DNA of 64,000 nucleotides from Owenia fusiformis (lineage: Eukaryota): contig CAIIXF020000001.1 in assembly GCA_903813345.2 (NCBI GenBank), positions 27,156,001 to 27,220,000 on the forward strand, in the 5' to 3' direction. The notes under the pieces were generated by a model. That model was not told the origin of the DNA. It searched no databases and saw only the letters and a program-made list of their open reading frames with translations. Position 1 is the first letter of the stretch, and each line of letters begins with the position of its first letter. Of the stretch, positions 1-14,500 are shown one piece after another. Made by a program: the position numbers and the translations under genes.

Positions 1-3000
1 TTGAACATAGATAACTCTATTTGGCATTTCTTTTGAAAATATTTCCACATTATCTTTTCAGTTCAAAAGACTCTTTCATGATTTAGAAATGTCTACGTTT
101 ACTTTGGAGGGCGATCTGACATGAACATATATCTATAATTTTAAGTGAAATGTATTACAGGTTACTAACATCAATGAAAAATATTATAAAGGCTGCATAA
201 ATTCTTGAAGTCCTTATTAAAGGAAATATTGAAATCAGATTGCATGGCCAGAATATTAAGATAACATAACAAAAGTAAAAATCTTTTCAGTTATCTATGT
301 TTTTGGTTAGAATGTTGATAACAAAAAACTCTAAATCACATCTTTCAAAAACATATTATAGGAGCTTTTCATATCTGGAGATCTTTTTCACTCACATTTA
401 CCATATGTATACTCCACTTCATCTACTCTTAATAACTGAGTAAAGAAATAATTCTCAGGATAATTTAATCCATATCCATATTTAGCCCATATGAGTAGCT
501 AGTATTCGTTTAACATTTTAGCTTCCATAAGAGACCATAAAAACTGCATTTGAGATTGCTGAAATTAAATCAGCATCAAAATTATGAAACCCTCCATAAT
601 AGTCGGTGCTTAGTGTTACTAACTACGCGCAACAGGGTATTCCTCACATGTGTCATTTATCCAGTTACATATTTTTAATTAGACCTTTTCTTGAGTATTG
701 CCATGAGGTCGCTCTTGTTCGAATCACTGAGCTCTCTTTGATCCATCTAAGATACCTTTAACCCAAACTATATGCATATCATGTCATCTTTTTTCTCAAA
801 GTTACATATCAGGTTGGATGTCAGAAGGAAAATTGGATTTTATTTTATCCACTTAGTCACAGTGACATCTGGAAGGCACCATCAAAAAGATAAATTGTTT
901 CATCGTATCCAAGTTTGAGCGCCACTATTTAAACTTAAATTGATTGTTTTTTTGTTGTTCTATCAATATCAAAAGTCACAACAGACCTCATGTATATTTA
1001 CTCCTAGTCTTTACCTTTGCACTTAAAGATTTGAGGTATAAGTGAGTGAAATGTATACATCTCTGCATAACTAATGCATCACCTTATGTGAATTGTATTG
1101 CAGGAAGTGAATCTCAATCTACAATAACGTACAATTGATCTCTGAGTAAACCTAGAAACATCTGTGTGATTTTTTTACTGAAAAATCATATTTTAGAAAA
1201 ATATTTTATAGAATTTCATGTTTATATTAGCGATATGAATTTTTTAGTTTTGTTCAATACATATCAATGGGACTTTGCTATTTGTTTTAAAAAAATATTT
1301 TCAGATAAGATACAGCCTGTTGTTGGCTTTATTGAAAATTATATTTCACCAAAAATAATCATGCTTTACAGTATTTTAATGTAAGATGAGCATAATTGAT
1401 TTTCATATTGAAGTTTAATAAGTCTTACAAGAATGTAAATACATCATTGAAATGATTTCTAACATTAATAAATTGCAACAGCATCATAAATCAATAATAT
1501 ATTAAATATATTACATATTTTTGCAAGGAATGTAACATACGCATATTGTAAATTAAATTATCAATAACAATGTACAGTGTACACATAGACTCAATAGATT
1601 TTAATGGGTTGTATTATATATCACTAATATGAATTTAAATATATCCTGTTAGGGAATTAGGGGTGTAGCAAATAGGTATCTTTGCCTTCTAATAGAGAAT
1701 TCAGTTCTACATATTAAACAAAATGATCCATGGGGCATTTATTGGGAAAAACAATGGTCCAATCATATTTCATCCATTTTTACAGATATATGTATAAAAC
1801 TTATTGAAGATAGCAACATACTACATTCATCTCTTCTCCCCAACTTAGGCCTTAGTAAGGGTGTTGGATACAAGGTCTTATTGCAAATTTTTTTAGCATC
1901 TATAACATCGATCTACCTTTGATAAATCTATGATAACAGCAACACCAAGGTGCTGCAAATCCCATCAGACGGCCATGGCTGCTATTTTTGAAAATGGCCA
2001 TCAATTAGCCAAATTGTCATTTCAACAAAATCACCTCACTTTTCCGTTAAAGCAATGACATAAAATAATATATGTGAAACTAGCCACTATTTTTTAAAAT
2101 GGCAGCTTACTGGCTAAATTGTCATGAGAAAGTGTAATAATATATACTTTCTATAAGTTGCATTGCATTGCATTGCATCATGTATATGTTTACCATTATC
2201 ATCGTTCACCAAGAGTCATTGTATACATACAATAATGTCATAGGTTAACATTGTTCTGCTATTTTCCAACTTTGATGGTTTCAAATGTTCATTATTTGTA
2301 TTGTTTTTACGTTTGCTTGGATTCCTCTGAAGTTTGAACTGAAATGTATTTTGATATCTGCATTCATTATTTTATGGCTTTAATTTAGATTTTCTTATCA
2401 TGTCTGCAGGGCCCTGGGAAATATCATACAGGAAAACTTGTAAAATAGAACACCTCTATAATTTGAACACATCTGTTAATGGAACACTTTTAAGAGTCCC
2501 AAGACCAATTGGCGAAGTGTTAATGAACCTCAATACAGAGAATCTCCCAAATGGAACACCTTTTAGAGGTACCAAAGGTGTTCTACGTAGACAGGTTTTA
2601 CTGTATTTTTCTTCACAAGGGTGAATCTTCAGGTTTCATTACAGTATTATGCTAAGCCACAATATTTTTTGCTTATAATTATCTGATATTGAACATAGAT
2701 AACTCTATTTGGCATTTCTTTTGAAAATATTTCCACATTATCGTTTCAGTTCAAAAGACTCTTTCATGATTTAGAAATGTCTACGTTTACTTCGGAGGGT
2801 AATGTGACATGAATATATATCTCCAATTTTAAGTGAAATGTATTAGGATCGAGGTTACTAACATCAATGAAAAATATTATAAAGGCTACATAACTTCTTG
2901 AAGTCCTTTATTAAAGGAAATATTGATATCAGATTGCATGGCCAGAATATTAAGATAACGAAAGTAAAATCTTTTCAGTTATTTATGTTTTTGGTTAGAG

Positions 3001-4848
3001 TGTTGATAACAAAAAACTCTAAATCACATCTTTCAAAAACATATAATAGGAGCTTTTCTGGAGATCTTTTTTCACTCACATTTACCATATGTATACTCCA
3101 CTTCATCTACTCTTAATAACTGAGTAAAGAAATAATTCTCAGGATAATTTAATCCATATCCATATTTAGCCCATATGAGCGGCTAGTATTCGTTTTACAT
3201 TTTAGCTTCCATAAGAGGCCATAAAAGAAACATTTGAGATTGTTGAGATCAAATCAGCATCAAAATAATGAAACCCTCCATAATAGTCGGTGCTTAGTGT
3301 TACTAACTACGCACAACAGGGTATTCCTCACATGTGTCATTTATCCAGTTACATATTTTTAATTAAACCTTTTCTTGAGTATTGCCACAAGGTCGCTCTT
3401 GTTCGAATCACTGAGCTCTCTTTGATCCATCTAAGATACCTTTAACTCAAACTATATGAACATCATGTCATCTTTTTTCTCAAAGTTACATGTCAGGTTG
3501 GATGTTAGAAGGAAAATTGGATTTTGTTTTATCCACTTAGTCACAGTGACATCTGGAAGGCACCATCAAAAAGATAAATTGTTTTATCGTATCCAAGTTT
3601 GAGCGCCACTATTTAAACTTAAATTGATTGTTTTTTTTGTTGTTCTATCAATATCAAAAGTCACAATAGACCTCATGTATATTTACTCCTAGTCTTTACC
3701 TTTGCACTTAAAGATTTGAGGTATAAGTGAGTGAAATGTATACATCTCTGCATAACTAATGCATCACCTTATGTGAATTGTATTGAAGGAAGTGAATCTC
3801 ACTACAATCATGTACAGTTGATCTCTGAGTAAACCTAGAAACATCTGTGTGATTTTTTACTGAAAAATAATATTTTGGGAAAATATTTTATAGAATTTCA
3901 AGTTTAAATTAGCAATATGAATTGTTTAGTTTCGTTCAATACATAACAATTGTACTTTGCTATTTGTTTTTAAAAATATTTTTAGATAAGATACAGCCTG
4001 TTGTAGGCTTTATTGAAAATTATATTTCACCAAAAATAATCATGCTTTACAGTATTTTAATGTAAGATGAGCATAATTGATTTTCATATTGAAGTTTAAT
4101 AAGTCTTACAAGAATGTAAATACATCATTGAAATGATTTCCAACATTAATAAATTGCAATAGTATCATAAATCAATACTATATTTAATATATTACATATT
4201 TTTGCAAGGAAAGTAACATAAGCATATTGTAAATTATCAATAACAATGTACAGTATACACATAGATTCTAATAGATTTTAATAGGTTGTATTATATATCA
4301 CTAATATGAATTTAAATATATCCTGTCAGGGAATCAGGGGTGTAGCAAATAAGTATCTTTGCCTTCTAATAGAGAATTCAGTTCTACATTTTAAACAAAA
4401 TGATCCATAGGGCATTTATGGGGAACAATCATGGTCCAATCATATTTCATCCATTTTTACAGATATATGTATTAAAATTATTGAAGATAGCATTACATAC
4501 AACATCCATCTCTTCTCCCCAACTTAGGCCTTAGAAAGGGTGTTGGATACAAGGTCTTATTGCAAAATTTCTTAGCATCTATTACATCTACCTTTGACAA
4601 ATCTACATGTATATATGAAACTAGATAACAGCAACACCAAGGTGCTGCAAATCCCATCAGACGGCCATGGCTGCTATTTTTGAGAATGGCCATCAATTAG
4701 CCAAATTGTCATTTCAACAAAATCGCCTCACTTTTCCGTTAAAGCAACAACATAAAATAATATATTTGAAACTAGCCACTAATTTTTAAAATGGCAGGTT
4801 ACTGGCTAAATTGTCATGAGAAAGTGTAATATTATACTTTCTATAAGT
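1..4848. repeat. Tandem segmental duplication, period about 2,688 bp (1-2158 matches 2689-4848)
   Basis: ttgaacatagataactctatttggc occurs at 1 and 2689; the copies are collinear with scattered substitutions and indels until tactttctataagt at about 2158 and 4848. Confidence 0.92.
2429..2603. mobile_element. Tc1/mariner-pogo-type MITE, 175 bp
   Basis: Imperfect TIRs cag(g/t)aaaac(t/c)tgt...tagaacacct, flanked by TA on both sides. Confidence 0.65.
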
Positions 4849-5477
4849 AGTCACATTTCAAATTTCACATAAAAACACATAAAATGGCAGTCTCTTGAAC
4901 AATGGCCGCATATTATCCAAATTGTCATAAAAAGTGTAACATGCTTCTAGTAGTCAACTAAACTAAACTATAAAATTTCAATAAAATTGCTCCAGTACAT
5001 TTTGAGTTATAGTCAAATACGTAAAATAACACGTTAAAATGGTGGCCATTTTAAAATGGCTGCCTACTAGCCAAAGTATCATTGTGTACCATGCTTATAA
5101 GTAAATGTATTCACATATTATCAAATGAAAAATATTATCAAATGAAAAAGATTATCAAATGAAAAAGATACTACTTCTCCTGTTACAGCAATTAATATTG
5201 TAAAATATTGTGTATCGGTCACCATTTTTTCAACTTATGTTCACAATATCCTGAAAATCTTTTTGCATTTAAAACAACACTTTAATATGTTGTACCTAAA
5301 ATTCTGTAAAATTAACACTAAAATGGCCGCCATTTTGAAAATCAGCTTTTGAGTAGAACTTGTACTCACAAAGGGTGTACAGATAAAATATAATGATATT
5401 GGGCCAACATACATACAGACAGAGGTACAAACATGCAGAGGCTCTCTATATCCCCTGAACTTCGTTGGATGGGATAA
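4619..5477 (+). mobile_element. Degenerate HINE/Helentron-like (pearl/DINE-type) non-autonomous element
   Basis: 5' actagataacagcaacaccaaggtgctgcaaatcccatc; internal aaaatggccgccattttgaa motifs; ACAG/ACAT microsatellite; 3' tatatcccctgaacttcgttggatgggat. Both ends match the 58941-60265 element. Confidence 0.6.
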
Positions 5478-5692
5478 AAATCTACTAAAACAAAATTATG
5501 CTCAAATAAAGTTTTTCTAGGCTTATTTTAAATATCATTCAATCCAATAGGTAACAATGATACATCATTGTAATTTGATCGAGGAATCTTCAATTTCAAA
5601 TAAGCTCCTAAAAAGAAATATAAGATAAGTTTAAGATTTTTTTGTTTCCTATATGATCAAATAATTTTTAAGCAAATTCAAGTAATTCTTAC

Positions 5693-7756
5693 CAGGCAAT
5701 GTGGTTGTTTCTGTGGTTATTTGGGCCCCTTTGGTGGTTACTGCAGAACCATCAGTGGTTACTTTAGCCTCTTCAGTGGTTACTACAACCCCTTTAGTGG
5801 TAAGTGCAGCCTCATCAGTGGTAATTGCAGCTCCATCAGTGGTTACTGCAGCCCCATCAGTGGTTACTTTAGCCTCTTCAGTGGTTAGTACAGCCTCTTT
5901 AGTAGTAAGTGAGGCCCCATCAGTGCTTATTGCAGCTCCATCAGTGGTTATTGAGGCCAAATCAGTGGTTACTGCAGCCCCATCAGTGGTTACTGCAGCC
6001 CTTTTAGTGGTAACTGCAGCTCCATCAGTGGTTACTGCAGCCCCATCAGTGGTTACTGCAGCCCCATCAGTGGTTACTGCAGCCTCTTTAGTGGTAAGTG
6101 AGGCCCCATCAGTGGTTAGTACAGCCCCTTCAGTGGTTACTACAACCCCTTTAGTGGTAAGTGCAGTCTCATCAGTGGTAACTGCAGCTCCATCAGTGCT
6201 TACTGCAGCCCCATCAGTGCTTACTGCAGCCCCATCAGTGGTTACTGCAGGCTCTTTAGTGGTAAGTGAGGCCCCATCAGTGGTTACTGCAGCTCCATCA
6301 GTGGTTACTGCGGCCCCATCAGTGGTTACTGCAGCCCCATCAGTGGTTACTGCAGCCTCTTTAGTAGTAAGTGAGGCCCCATCAGTGGTTAGTACAGCCC
6401 CTTCAGTGGTTACTACAACCCCTTTAGTGGTAAGTGCAGTCTCATCAGTGGTAACTGCAGCTCCATCAGTGCTTACTGCAGCCCCATCAGTGCTTACTGC
6501 AGCCCCATCAGTGGTTACTGCAGGCTCTTTAGTGGTAAGTGAGGCCCCATCAGTGGTTACTGCAGCTCCATCAGTGGTTACTGAGGCCCCATCAGTGGTT
6601 ACTGCAGCCCCATCAGTGATTCCTGTAACCCCTTCAGTAGTTACTGCAGTCTTATCAGTGGTAACTGCAGCCCCATCAGTGGTTACTGCAGCCCCATCGG
6701 TGGTTACTGCAGCTCCTTCAGTGGTTACTGCGGCCCCATCAGTGGTTACTGCAGCCCCATCAGTGGTTACTGCAGCTCCTTCAGTGGTTACTGCGGCCCC
6801 ATCAGTGGTAACTGCAGCCCCAGCAGTAGTTACTGCAGCCCGATCAGTGGTTACTGCGGCCCCATCAGTGGTTACTGCAGCCTCTTCAGTGGTTAGTACA
6901 GCCTCTTTAGTGGTAAGTGAGGCCCCATCAGTGGTTACTGCAGCCCCATCAGTGGTTACTGCAGCCCAACCAGTAGTTACTGCAGCCTGAGCAGTGGTTA
7001 CTGCAGCCCCATCAGTGGTTACTGCAGCCCCATCAGTGGTTACTGCAGCCCCATCAGTAGTTACTGCAGCCCGATCAGTGGTTACTGCAGCCCCATCAGT
7101 GGTTACTGCAGCCCGATCAGAGGTTACTGCAACCCCATCAGTGGTTACTGCAGCCCCATCAGTGGTTACTGCAGCCCCATCAGTAGTTACTGCAGCCCGA
7201 TCAGTGGTTACTGCAGCCCCATCAGTGGTTACTGCAGCCCGATCAGAGGTTACTGCGGCCCCATCAGTGGTCACTGCAGCCCGATCAGTGGTTACTGCGG
7301 CCCCATCAGTGGTTACTGCGGCCCCATCAGTAGTTACCGCAGCCCCATCAGTAGTTCCAGCAGCCCCATCAGTAGTTACTGCAGCCCGATCAGTGGTTAC
7401 TGCAGCCCCATCAGTAGTTACTGCAGCCCGATCAGTAGTTACTGCAGCCGGATCAGTGGTTACTGCAGCCCCATCAGTAGTTACTGCAGCCCCATCAGTA
7501 GTTACTGCAGCCCCATCAGTAGTTACTGCAGCCCGATCAGTGGTTACTGCGGCCCCATCAGTAGTTACTGCAGCCCCTTTAGTAGTTATTGCAGCCCCAT
7601 CAGTAGTTACTGCAGCCCCATCTGTGGTTACTGCAGCCCCATCAGTGGTCACTGCAGCCCCTTCAGTAGTTATTACTACCCCTTCACTGGTCACTGCTGC
7701 TCCTTCTGTGGTTACTCTAGTCCCTTCAGTAGTAATACCTTGTATGACTGTCGTGT
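5693..7756 (-). CDS. Giant mucin-like protein, exon 4 (2,064 bp, 688 codons); about 95 heptads VTTDGAA
   Basis: Acceptor tactcacattgtaccatttccAG|AC at 7758-7757; donor CCTG|GTAAGA at 5692-5691; phase 1-1; no stop before the donor, so the gene should continue downstream (leftwards). Confidence 0.85.
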
Positions 7757-8544
7757 CTGGAAATGGTACAATGTGAGTAATTATGGTCATTTAATAATAT
7801 GGGACTTGGCAGTTCTGATTTGATGTAATAAATGGTACCATGGGTACTGGGCTCACTTGATACCCATACATTTTAATTATACAAATAGAAGCAATAATTC
7901 CTGAACTTGGCTGCAAAATTTTTGTCCAGACTTTAATTTCATGCTAAAGTGACGGCCCTTTTGAATTTTTCTAGTTATTTTTTTCTAGACTTACTACATA
8001 TCTGGAGATATAATGCAACTCCAAACGATAATTCCTTAGCTTTGGCTTCAAAATCAAAAGTGATATTTGCCACCGGACAAAAGTGGTGGCCATTTTGATT
8101 TTTTTAATAATCTATATTGAGATTTTTACACCTTATTGGTTATACTGTACATAATATGAGTATATACTTGTAAAAATGCATGTTGAGTCAAAGCTGAATT
8201 TTGTGCAACAAAAATCACAGCCATTTTAAAAATACAAGATTTTGAACCAGGAGTTATTGGTTTATAAAATAATATATAAAAATAACTTTGAACAGGTATA
8301 CTACTGACAGAGGTTTTTAAATGTGTCAGACAGGTAGGCAGTGAGTGATTGCAATAGCTCACAATGTGAGCTAATAAAAACCGAAATTGAAAATAGATGG
8401 GAATGGGGAATTAGAGTGCAAGTTATTTTTACTACTACAAAATATTAAACTGCATGCAACTAGATGCAGGAGAAATTAGTTTGAATCTACTTTATTAGTT
8501 CATGCCTGATACATTGTTAAGTAAAATAACATGCGTGTGAGTAC

Positions 8545-11500
8545 CTTGTTTGGTATATGTAGGGTTAGTAATATCAGTAAACTCATGCGTTGTAATTTCA
8601 GCTGGTGCAGTGGTTATTTCTGATTCAGTGGTTATTTCAGCTGCTCCAGTGGTTATTTCAACTCCTTCTGTGGTAATTTCAGCTAATGCACTGGTTATTT
8701 CAGCTGATTCAGTGGTTATTTCAGCTGCTCCAGTGGTTATTTCAACTCCTTCTGTGGTAATTTCAGCTGATGCACTGGTTATTTCAGCTCCTTTTGTGGT
8801 AATTTCAGCTGCTCTAGTGGTTATATCAGCTGTTCCAGTGGTTATTTCAGCTGCTCCAGTAGTTATTTCAGCTGCTCCAGTGGATATTTCAGCTGGTGTA
8901 CTAGTGATTACAGCTTCTTCTGTGGTAGTTCCAGCCGCTCCAGTGGTTATTTCAGAGGCTCTAGTAGTTATTTCAGTTGCTCCAGTGGTTATTCCAGCTG
9001 GTGTGCTGGTTATTTCAGCTCCTTCTGTGGTTATTTCAGCTGATGCACTGGTTATTCCAGCTCCTTCAGTGGTTATTTCAGCTGGTGCACTGGTTATTTC
9101 AACTCCTTCCGTGGTCATTTCAGCTGGTGAACTGGTTAATCCAGCTCCATCAGTGGTAATTTCAGTTGATGCACTGGTTATTTCAGCTGGTGCACTGGTC
9201 ATTTCAGCTTCTTTTGTTGTAATTTCAGATTGCGCACTGGTTATTTCAGCTATTTCTGTGGTTGTTTCAGCTGCTCCAGTGGTTATTTCAGCTTGTGAAC
9301 TGGTTATTTCAGCTTCTTTTGTTGTAATTTCAGCTGGTGCACTGGTTATTTCAGCTCCTTCACTGGTTATTTCAGCTGGTAAACTGGTAAGTTCAGCTTC
9401 TTTTGTGGTTATTTCAGATGGTTCACTGGTAATTTCACCTCCTTCTGTGGTTATTTCAGCTGGTGCACTGGTTATTTCAACTCCTTCTGTGGTCATTTCA
9501 GCTGGTGAACTGGTTAATCCAGCTCCATCAGTGGTAATTTCAGTTGATGCACTGGTTATTTCAGCTGGTGCACTGGTCATTTCAGCTTCTTTTGTTGTAA
9601 TTTCAGATTGTGCACTGGTTATATCAGCTCCTTCTGTGGTAATTTCAGCTGGTGCACTGGTTATTTCAGCTTCTTTTGTTGTAATTTCAGATGGTGCACT
9701 GGTTATTTCAGCTTCTTTTGTTGTAATTTCAGATGGTGCACTGGTTATTTCAGCTTCTTTTGTTGTAATTTCAGATGGTGCACTGGTTATTTCAGCTTCT
9801 TTTGTTGTGATTTCAGATGGTGCACTGGTTATTTCAGCTTCTTTTGTTGTAATTTCAGATTGTGCGCTGGTTATTTCAGCTCCTTCTGTGGTAATTTCAG
9901 CTGGTGCACTGGTTATTTCAGCTGGTGCACTGGTCATTTCAGCTTCTTTTGTTGTAATTTCAGATGGTGCACTGGTTATTTCAGCTTCTTTTGTTGTAAT
10001 TTCAGATGGTGCACTGGTTATTTCAGCTTCTTTTGTTGTGATTTCAGATGGTGCACTGGTTATTTCAGCTTCTTTTGTTGTAATTTCCGATTGTGTGCTG
10101 GTTATTTCAGCTCCTTCTGTGGTAATTTCAGCTGGTGCACTGGTTATTTCAGCTGGTGCACTGGTTATTTCAGCTTCTTTTGTTGTAATTCCAGATGGTG
10201 CACTGGTTATTTCACCTTCTTTTGTTGTAATTTCAGATGGTGCACTGGTTATTTCAGCTTCTTTTGTTGTAATTTCAGATGGTGCACTGGTTATTTCAGC
10301 TTCTTTTGTTGTAATTTCAGATGGTATACTGGTTATTTCAGCTTCTTTTGTTGTAATTTCAGATGGTGCACTGGTTATTTCAGCTTCTTTTGTTGTAATT
10401 TCAGATGGTGCACTGGTTATTTCAGCTTCTTTTGTTGTGATTTCAGATGGTGCACTGGTTATTTCAGCTTCTTTTGTTGTAATTTCAGATTGTGCACTGG
10501 TTATTTCAGCTATTTCTGTGGTTTTTTCAGCTTCTTTTGTTGTAATTTCAGATGGTGCACTGGTTATTTCAGTTTCTTTTGTTGTAATTTCAGATGATGC
10601 ACTGGTTATTTCAGCTCCTACTGTGGTAATTTCAGATGGTGCACTGGTTATTTCAGCTTCTTTTGATGTAATTTCATATGGTGCACTGGTTATTTCAACT
10701 CCATCTGTGGTGATTTCAGCTGGTGCACTGGTTATTTCAGCTCCTTCAGTGGTTATTTCAGCTGGTAAACTGGATAGTTCATCTTCTTTTGTGGTTATTT
10801 CAGATGGTTCACTGGTTATTTTAACTCCTTCTGTGGTAATTTCAGCTGGTGCACTGGTTATTTCAGCTCCTTTAGTGGTAATTTCAGCTGCTGCACTGGT
10901 AATTTCAGTTTTTTTGGTGGTGATTTCAGCTGGTTCACTGGTTATACCAGGTATTTCAGTGGTTATTTCAACTTGTTCTCTAGTGGTTATTTCAGCTACT
11001 GTGGTGGTTATTTCAGCTGCCCCAGTGGTAATTTCAGCAGAGTCTGTGGTTATTTCAGCTCCTTCAGTAGTTATTTCAGCTGATCCAGTGGATATTTGAG
11101 CTGGTGCAGTGGTTATTTCAGCTCCTTTAGTGGTTATTTCAGCTGCTCCAGTAGTTACTTCCACTGCTCCAGTGGTAATTTCAGCAGGGTCAGTAGTTAT
11201 TTCCACTGCTCCAGTGGTTATTTCAGCTCCTTCAGTGGTTATTTCAGCTGGTGCACTGGTTATTTCAGCTCCTTCAGTAGTTATTTCAGCTGATCCAGTG
11301 GTTATTTCAGCAGGGTCAGTTGTTATTTCAGCTGCTCCAGTGGTCATTTCAGCTGATCCAGTGGTTAATTCAGCTGGTAAACTGGTTATTTCAGCTGCCC
11401 CACTAGTTATTTCCACTGCTCCAGTGGTTATTTCAGCAGTGTCAGTTGTTATTTCAGCTGCTCCAGTGGTCATTTCAGCAGGATCAGTGGTTATTTCAGG

Positions 11501-14500
11501 TCCTTCAGTAGTTATTTCCACTGCTCCAGTGGTTATTTCAGCTGGTGCACTGGTTATTTCAGCTCCTACTGTGGTAATGTCAGCTGGTGCACTGGTTTTT
11601 TCAGCTTCCCCAGTAGTTATTTCCACTGCTCCAGTGGTTATTTCAGCAGGGTCAGTTGTTATTTCAGCTGATCTTGTGGTCATTTCAGCAGGATCAGTAG
11701 TTATTTCAGGTCCTTCAGTAGTTATTTCCACTGCTGCAGTGGTTATTTCAGCTGGTGCACTGGTTCTCTCAGCTGCCCCAGTAGTTATTTCAACTGCACC
11801 AGTGGTTATTTCAGCAGGGTCAGTTGTTATTTCAGCTGCTCCAGTGGTCATTTCAGCAGGATCAGTGGTTATTTCAGGTCCTTCAGTAGTTATTTCAGCT
11901 GCCCCAGTAGTTATTTCCACTGCACCAGTGGTTATTTCAGCAGGATCAGTGGTTATTTCAGCAGGGTCAGTGGTAATTTTAGCTGCTCCAGTGGTCATTT
12001 CAGCAGGATCAGTGGTTATTTCAGCTCCTTTAGTGGTTATTTCAGCTGCTCCAGTACTTATTTCCACTGCTCCAGTGGTTATTTTAGCAGGGTCAGTAGT
12101 TATTTCCACTGCTCTAGTGGTTATTTCAGCTCCTTCAGTGGTTATTCCAGCTGGTGCACTGGTTATTTCAGCTCCTTCGGTAGTTATTTCAGCTGATCCA
12201 GTGGTTAATTCAGCTTGTGCACTGGTTATTTCAGCTCCTTCAGTAGTTATTTCAGCTGATCCAGTGGTTATTTCAGCAGGGTCAGTTGTTGATTCAGCTG
12301 CTCCAGTGGTCATTTCAGCTGATCCAGTGGTTAATTCAGCTGGTGCACTTGTTATTTCAGCTCCTACTGTGGTAATTTCAGCTGGCAAACTGGTTATTTC
12401 AACTGCCCCACTAGTTATTTCCACTGCTCCAGTGGTTATTTCAGCAGGGTCAGTTGTTATTTCAGCTGCTCCAGTGGTCATTTCAGCAGGATCAGTGGTT
12501 ACTTCAGGTCCTTCAGTAGTTATTTCCACTGCTCCAGTGGTTATTTCAGCTGGTGCACTGGTTATTTCAGCTCCTACTGTGGTAATGTCAGCTGGTGCAC
12601 TGGTTTTTTCAGCTGCCCCACTAGTTATTTCCACTGCTCCAGTGGTTATTTCAGCAGGGTCAGTTGTTATTTCAGCTGCTCCAGTGGTCATTTCAGCAGG
12701 ATCAGTGGTTATTTCAGGTCCTTCAGTAGTTATTTCCACTGCTCCAGTGGTTAATTCAGCTGGTGCACTTGTTATTTCAGCTCCTACTGTGGTAATTTCA
12801 GCTGGTAAACTGGTTATTTCAGCTGCCCCACTAGTTATTTCCACTGATCCAGTGGTTATTTCAGCAGGGTCAGTTGTTATTTCAGCTTTTCCAGTGGTCA
12901 TTTCAGCAGGATCAGTGGTTATTTCAGGTCCTTCAGTAGTTATTTCAGCTGCCCCAGTAGTTATTTCCACTGCTCCAGTGGTTATTTCAGCAGGATCAGT
13001 GGTTATTTCAGCTGCCCCAGTAGTTATTTCAGGTCCTTCAGTAGTTATTTCCAATGCTCCAGTGGTTAATTCAGCTGGTGCACTTGTTATTTCAGCTCCT
13101 ACTGTGGTAATTTCAGCTGGTAAACTGGTTATTTCAGCTGCCCCAGTAGTTATTTCAGCTGGTGCACTGGTTATTTCAGCTGCCCCAGTAGTTATTTCCA
13201 CTGCTCCAGTGGTTAGTTCAGCTGCTCTAGTAGTGATTTCAGCAGGAGCAGTGGTTATTTCGGGTCCTTCAGTAGTTATTTCCACTGCTCCAGTGGTTAT
13301 TTCAGCTGGTGCACTGGTTATTTCAGCTGCCCCAGTAGTTAATTCCACTGCTGCAGTGGTTATTTCAGCAGGTGCACTGGTTATCTCAGCTGACCCAGTA
13401 GTTATTTTAACTGCTCCAGTGGTTATTTCAGCTGCTCTAGTAGTTATTTCAGCGGAATCAGTGGTTATTTCAGCTGCTCCAGTGGTCATTTCAGCTGGTG
13501 CACTGGTTATTTCAGCTGCCCTAGTAGTTATTTCCACTGCTCCAGTGGTTATTTCAGCTGCTCTAGTGGTCATTTCAGCAGGATCAGTGGTTATTTCAGG
13601 TCCTTTAGTAGTTATTTCAGCTGCACCAGTAGTAATTTCCACTGCTCCAGTGGTTATTTCAGCAGGGTCAGTAGTTATTTTAGCTGATCTTGTGGTCATT
13701 TCAGCAGGATCAGTGGTTATTTCAGGTCCTTCAGTAGTTATTATCACTGCTCCAGTGGTTATTTCAGCTTGTGCACTGGTTATCTCAGCTGCCCCAGTAG
13801 TTATTTCCACTGCTCCAGTAGTCATTTCAGCAGGATCGGTGGTTATTTCAGCAGGGTCAGTGGTTATTTCGAATGCTCCTGTGGTCATTTCAGCAGGATC
13901 AGTGGTTATTTCAGCTGCCCCAGTAGTTATTTCCACTGCTCCAGTGGTTATTTCAGCAGGGTCAGTGGTTATTTCAGCTGCTCTAGTGGTCATTTCAGGT
14001 CCTTCAGTAGTTATTTCAGCTGCCCCAGTAGTTATTTCCACTGCTCTAGTGGTTCTTTCAGCAGGGTCAGTGGTTATTTCAGCTGCTCCAGTGGTCATTT
14101 CAGCAGGATCAGTGGTTATTGCAGGTCCTTCAGTAGTTATTTCAGCTGCCCCAGTAGTTATTTCCACTGCTCCAGTGGTTATTTCAGCAGGATCAGTGGT
14201 TATTTCAGCTGCCCCAGTAGTTATTTCCACTGCTCCAGTGGTTATTTCAGCAGGGTCAGTGGTTATTTCAGCTGCTCTAGTGGTCATTTCAGGTCCTTCA
14301 GTAGTTATTTCAGCTGCCCCAGTAGTTATTTCCACTGCTCTAGTGGTTCTTTCAGCAGGGTCAGTGGTTATTTCAGCTGCTCCAGTGGTCATTTCAGCAG
14401 GATCAGTGGTTATTTCAGGTCCTTCAGTAGTTATTTCAGCTGCCCCAGTAGTTATTTCCACTGCTCCAGTGGTCATTTCAGCAGGATCAGTGGTTATTTC

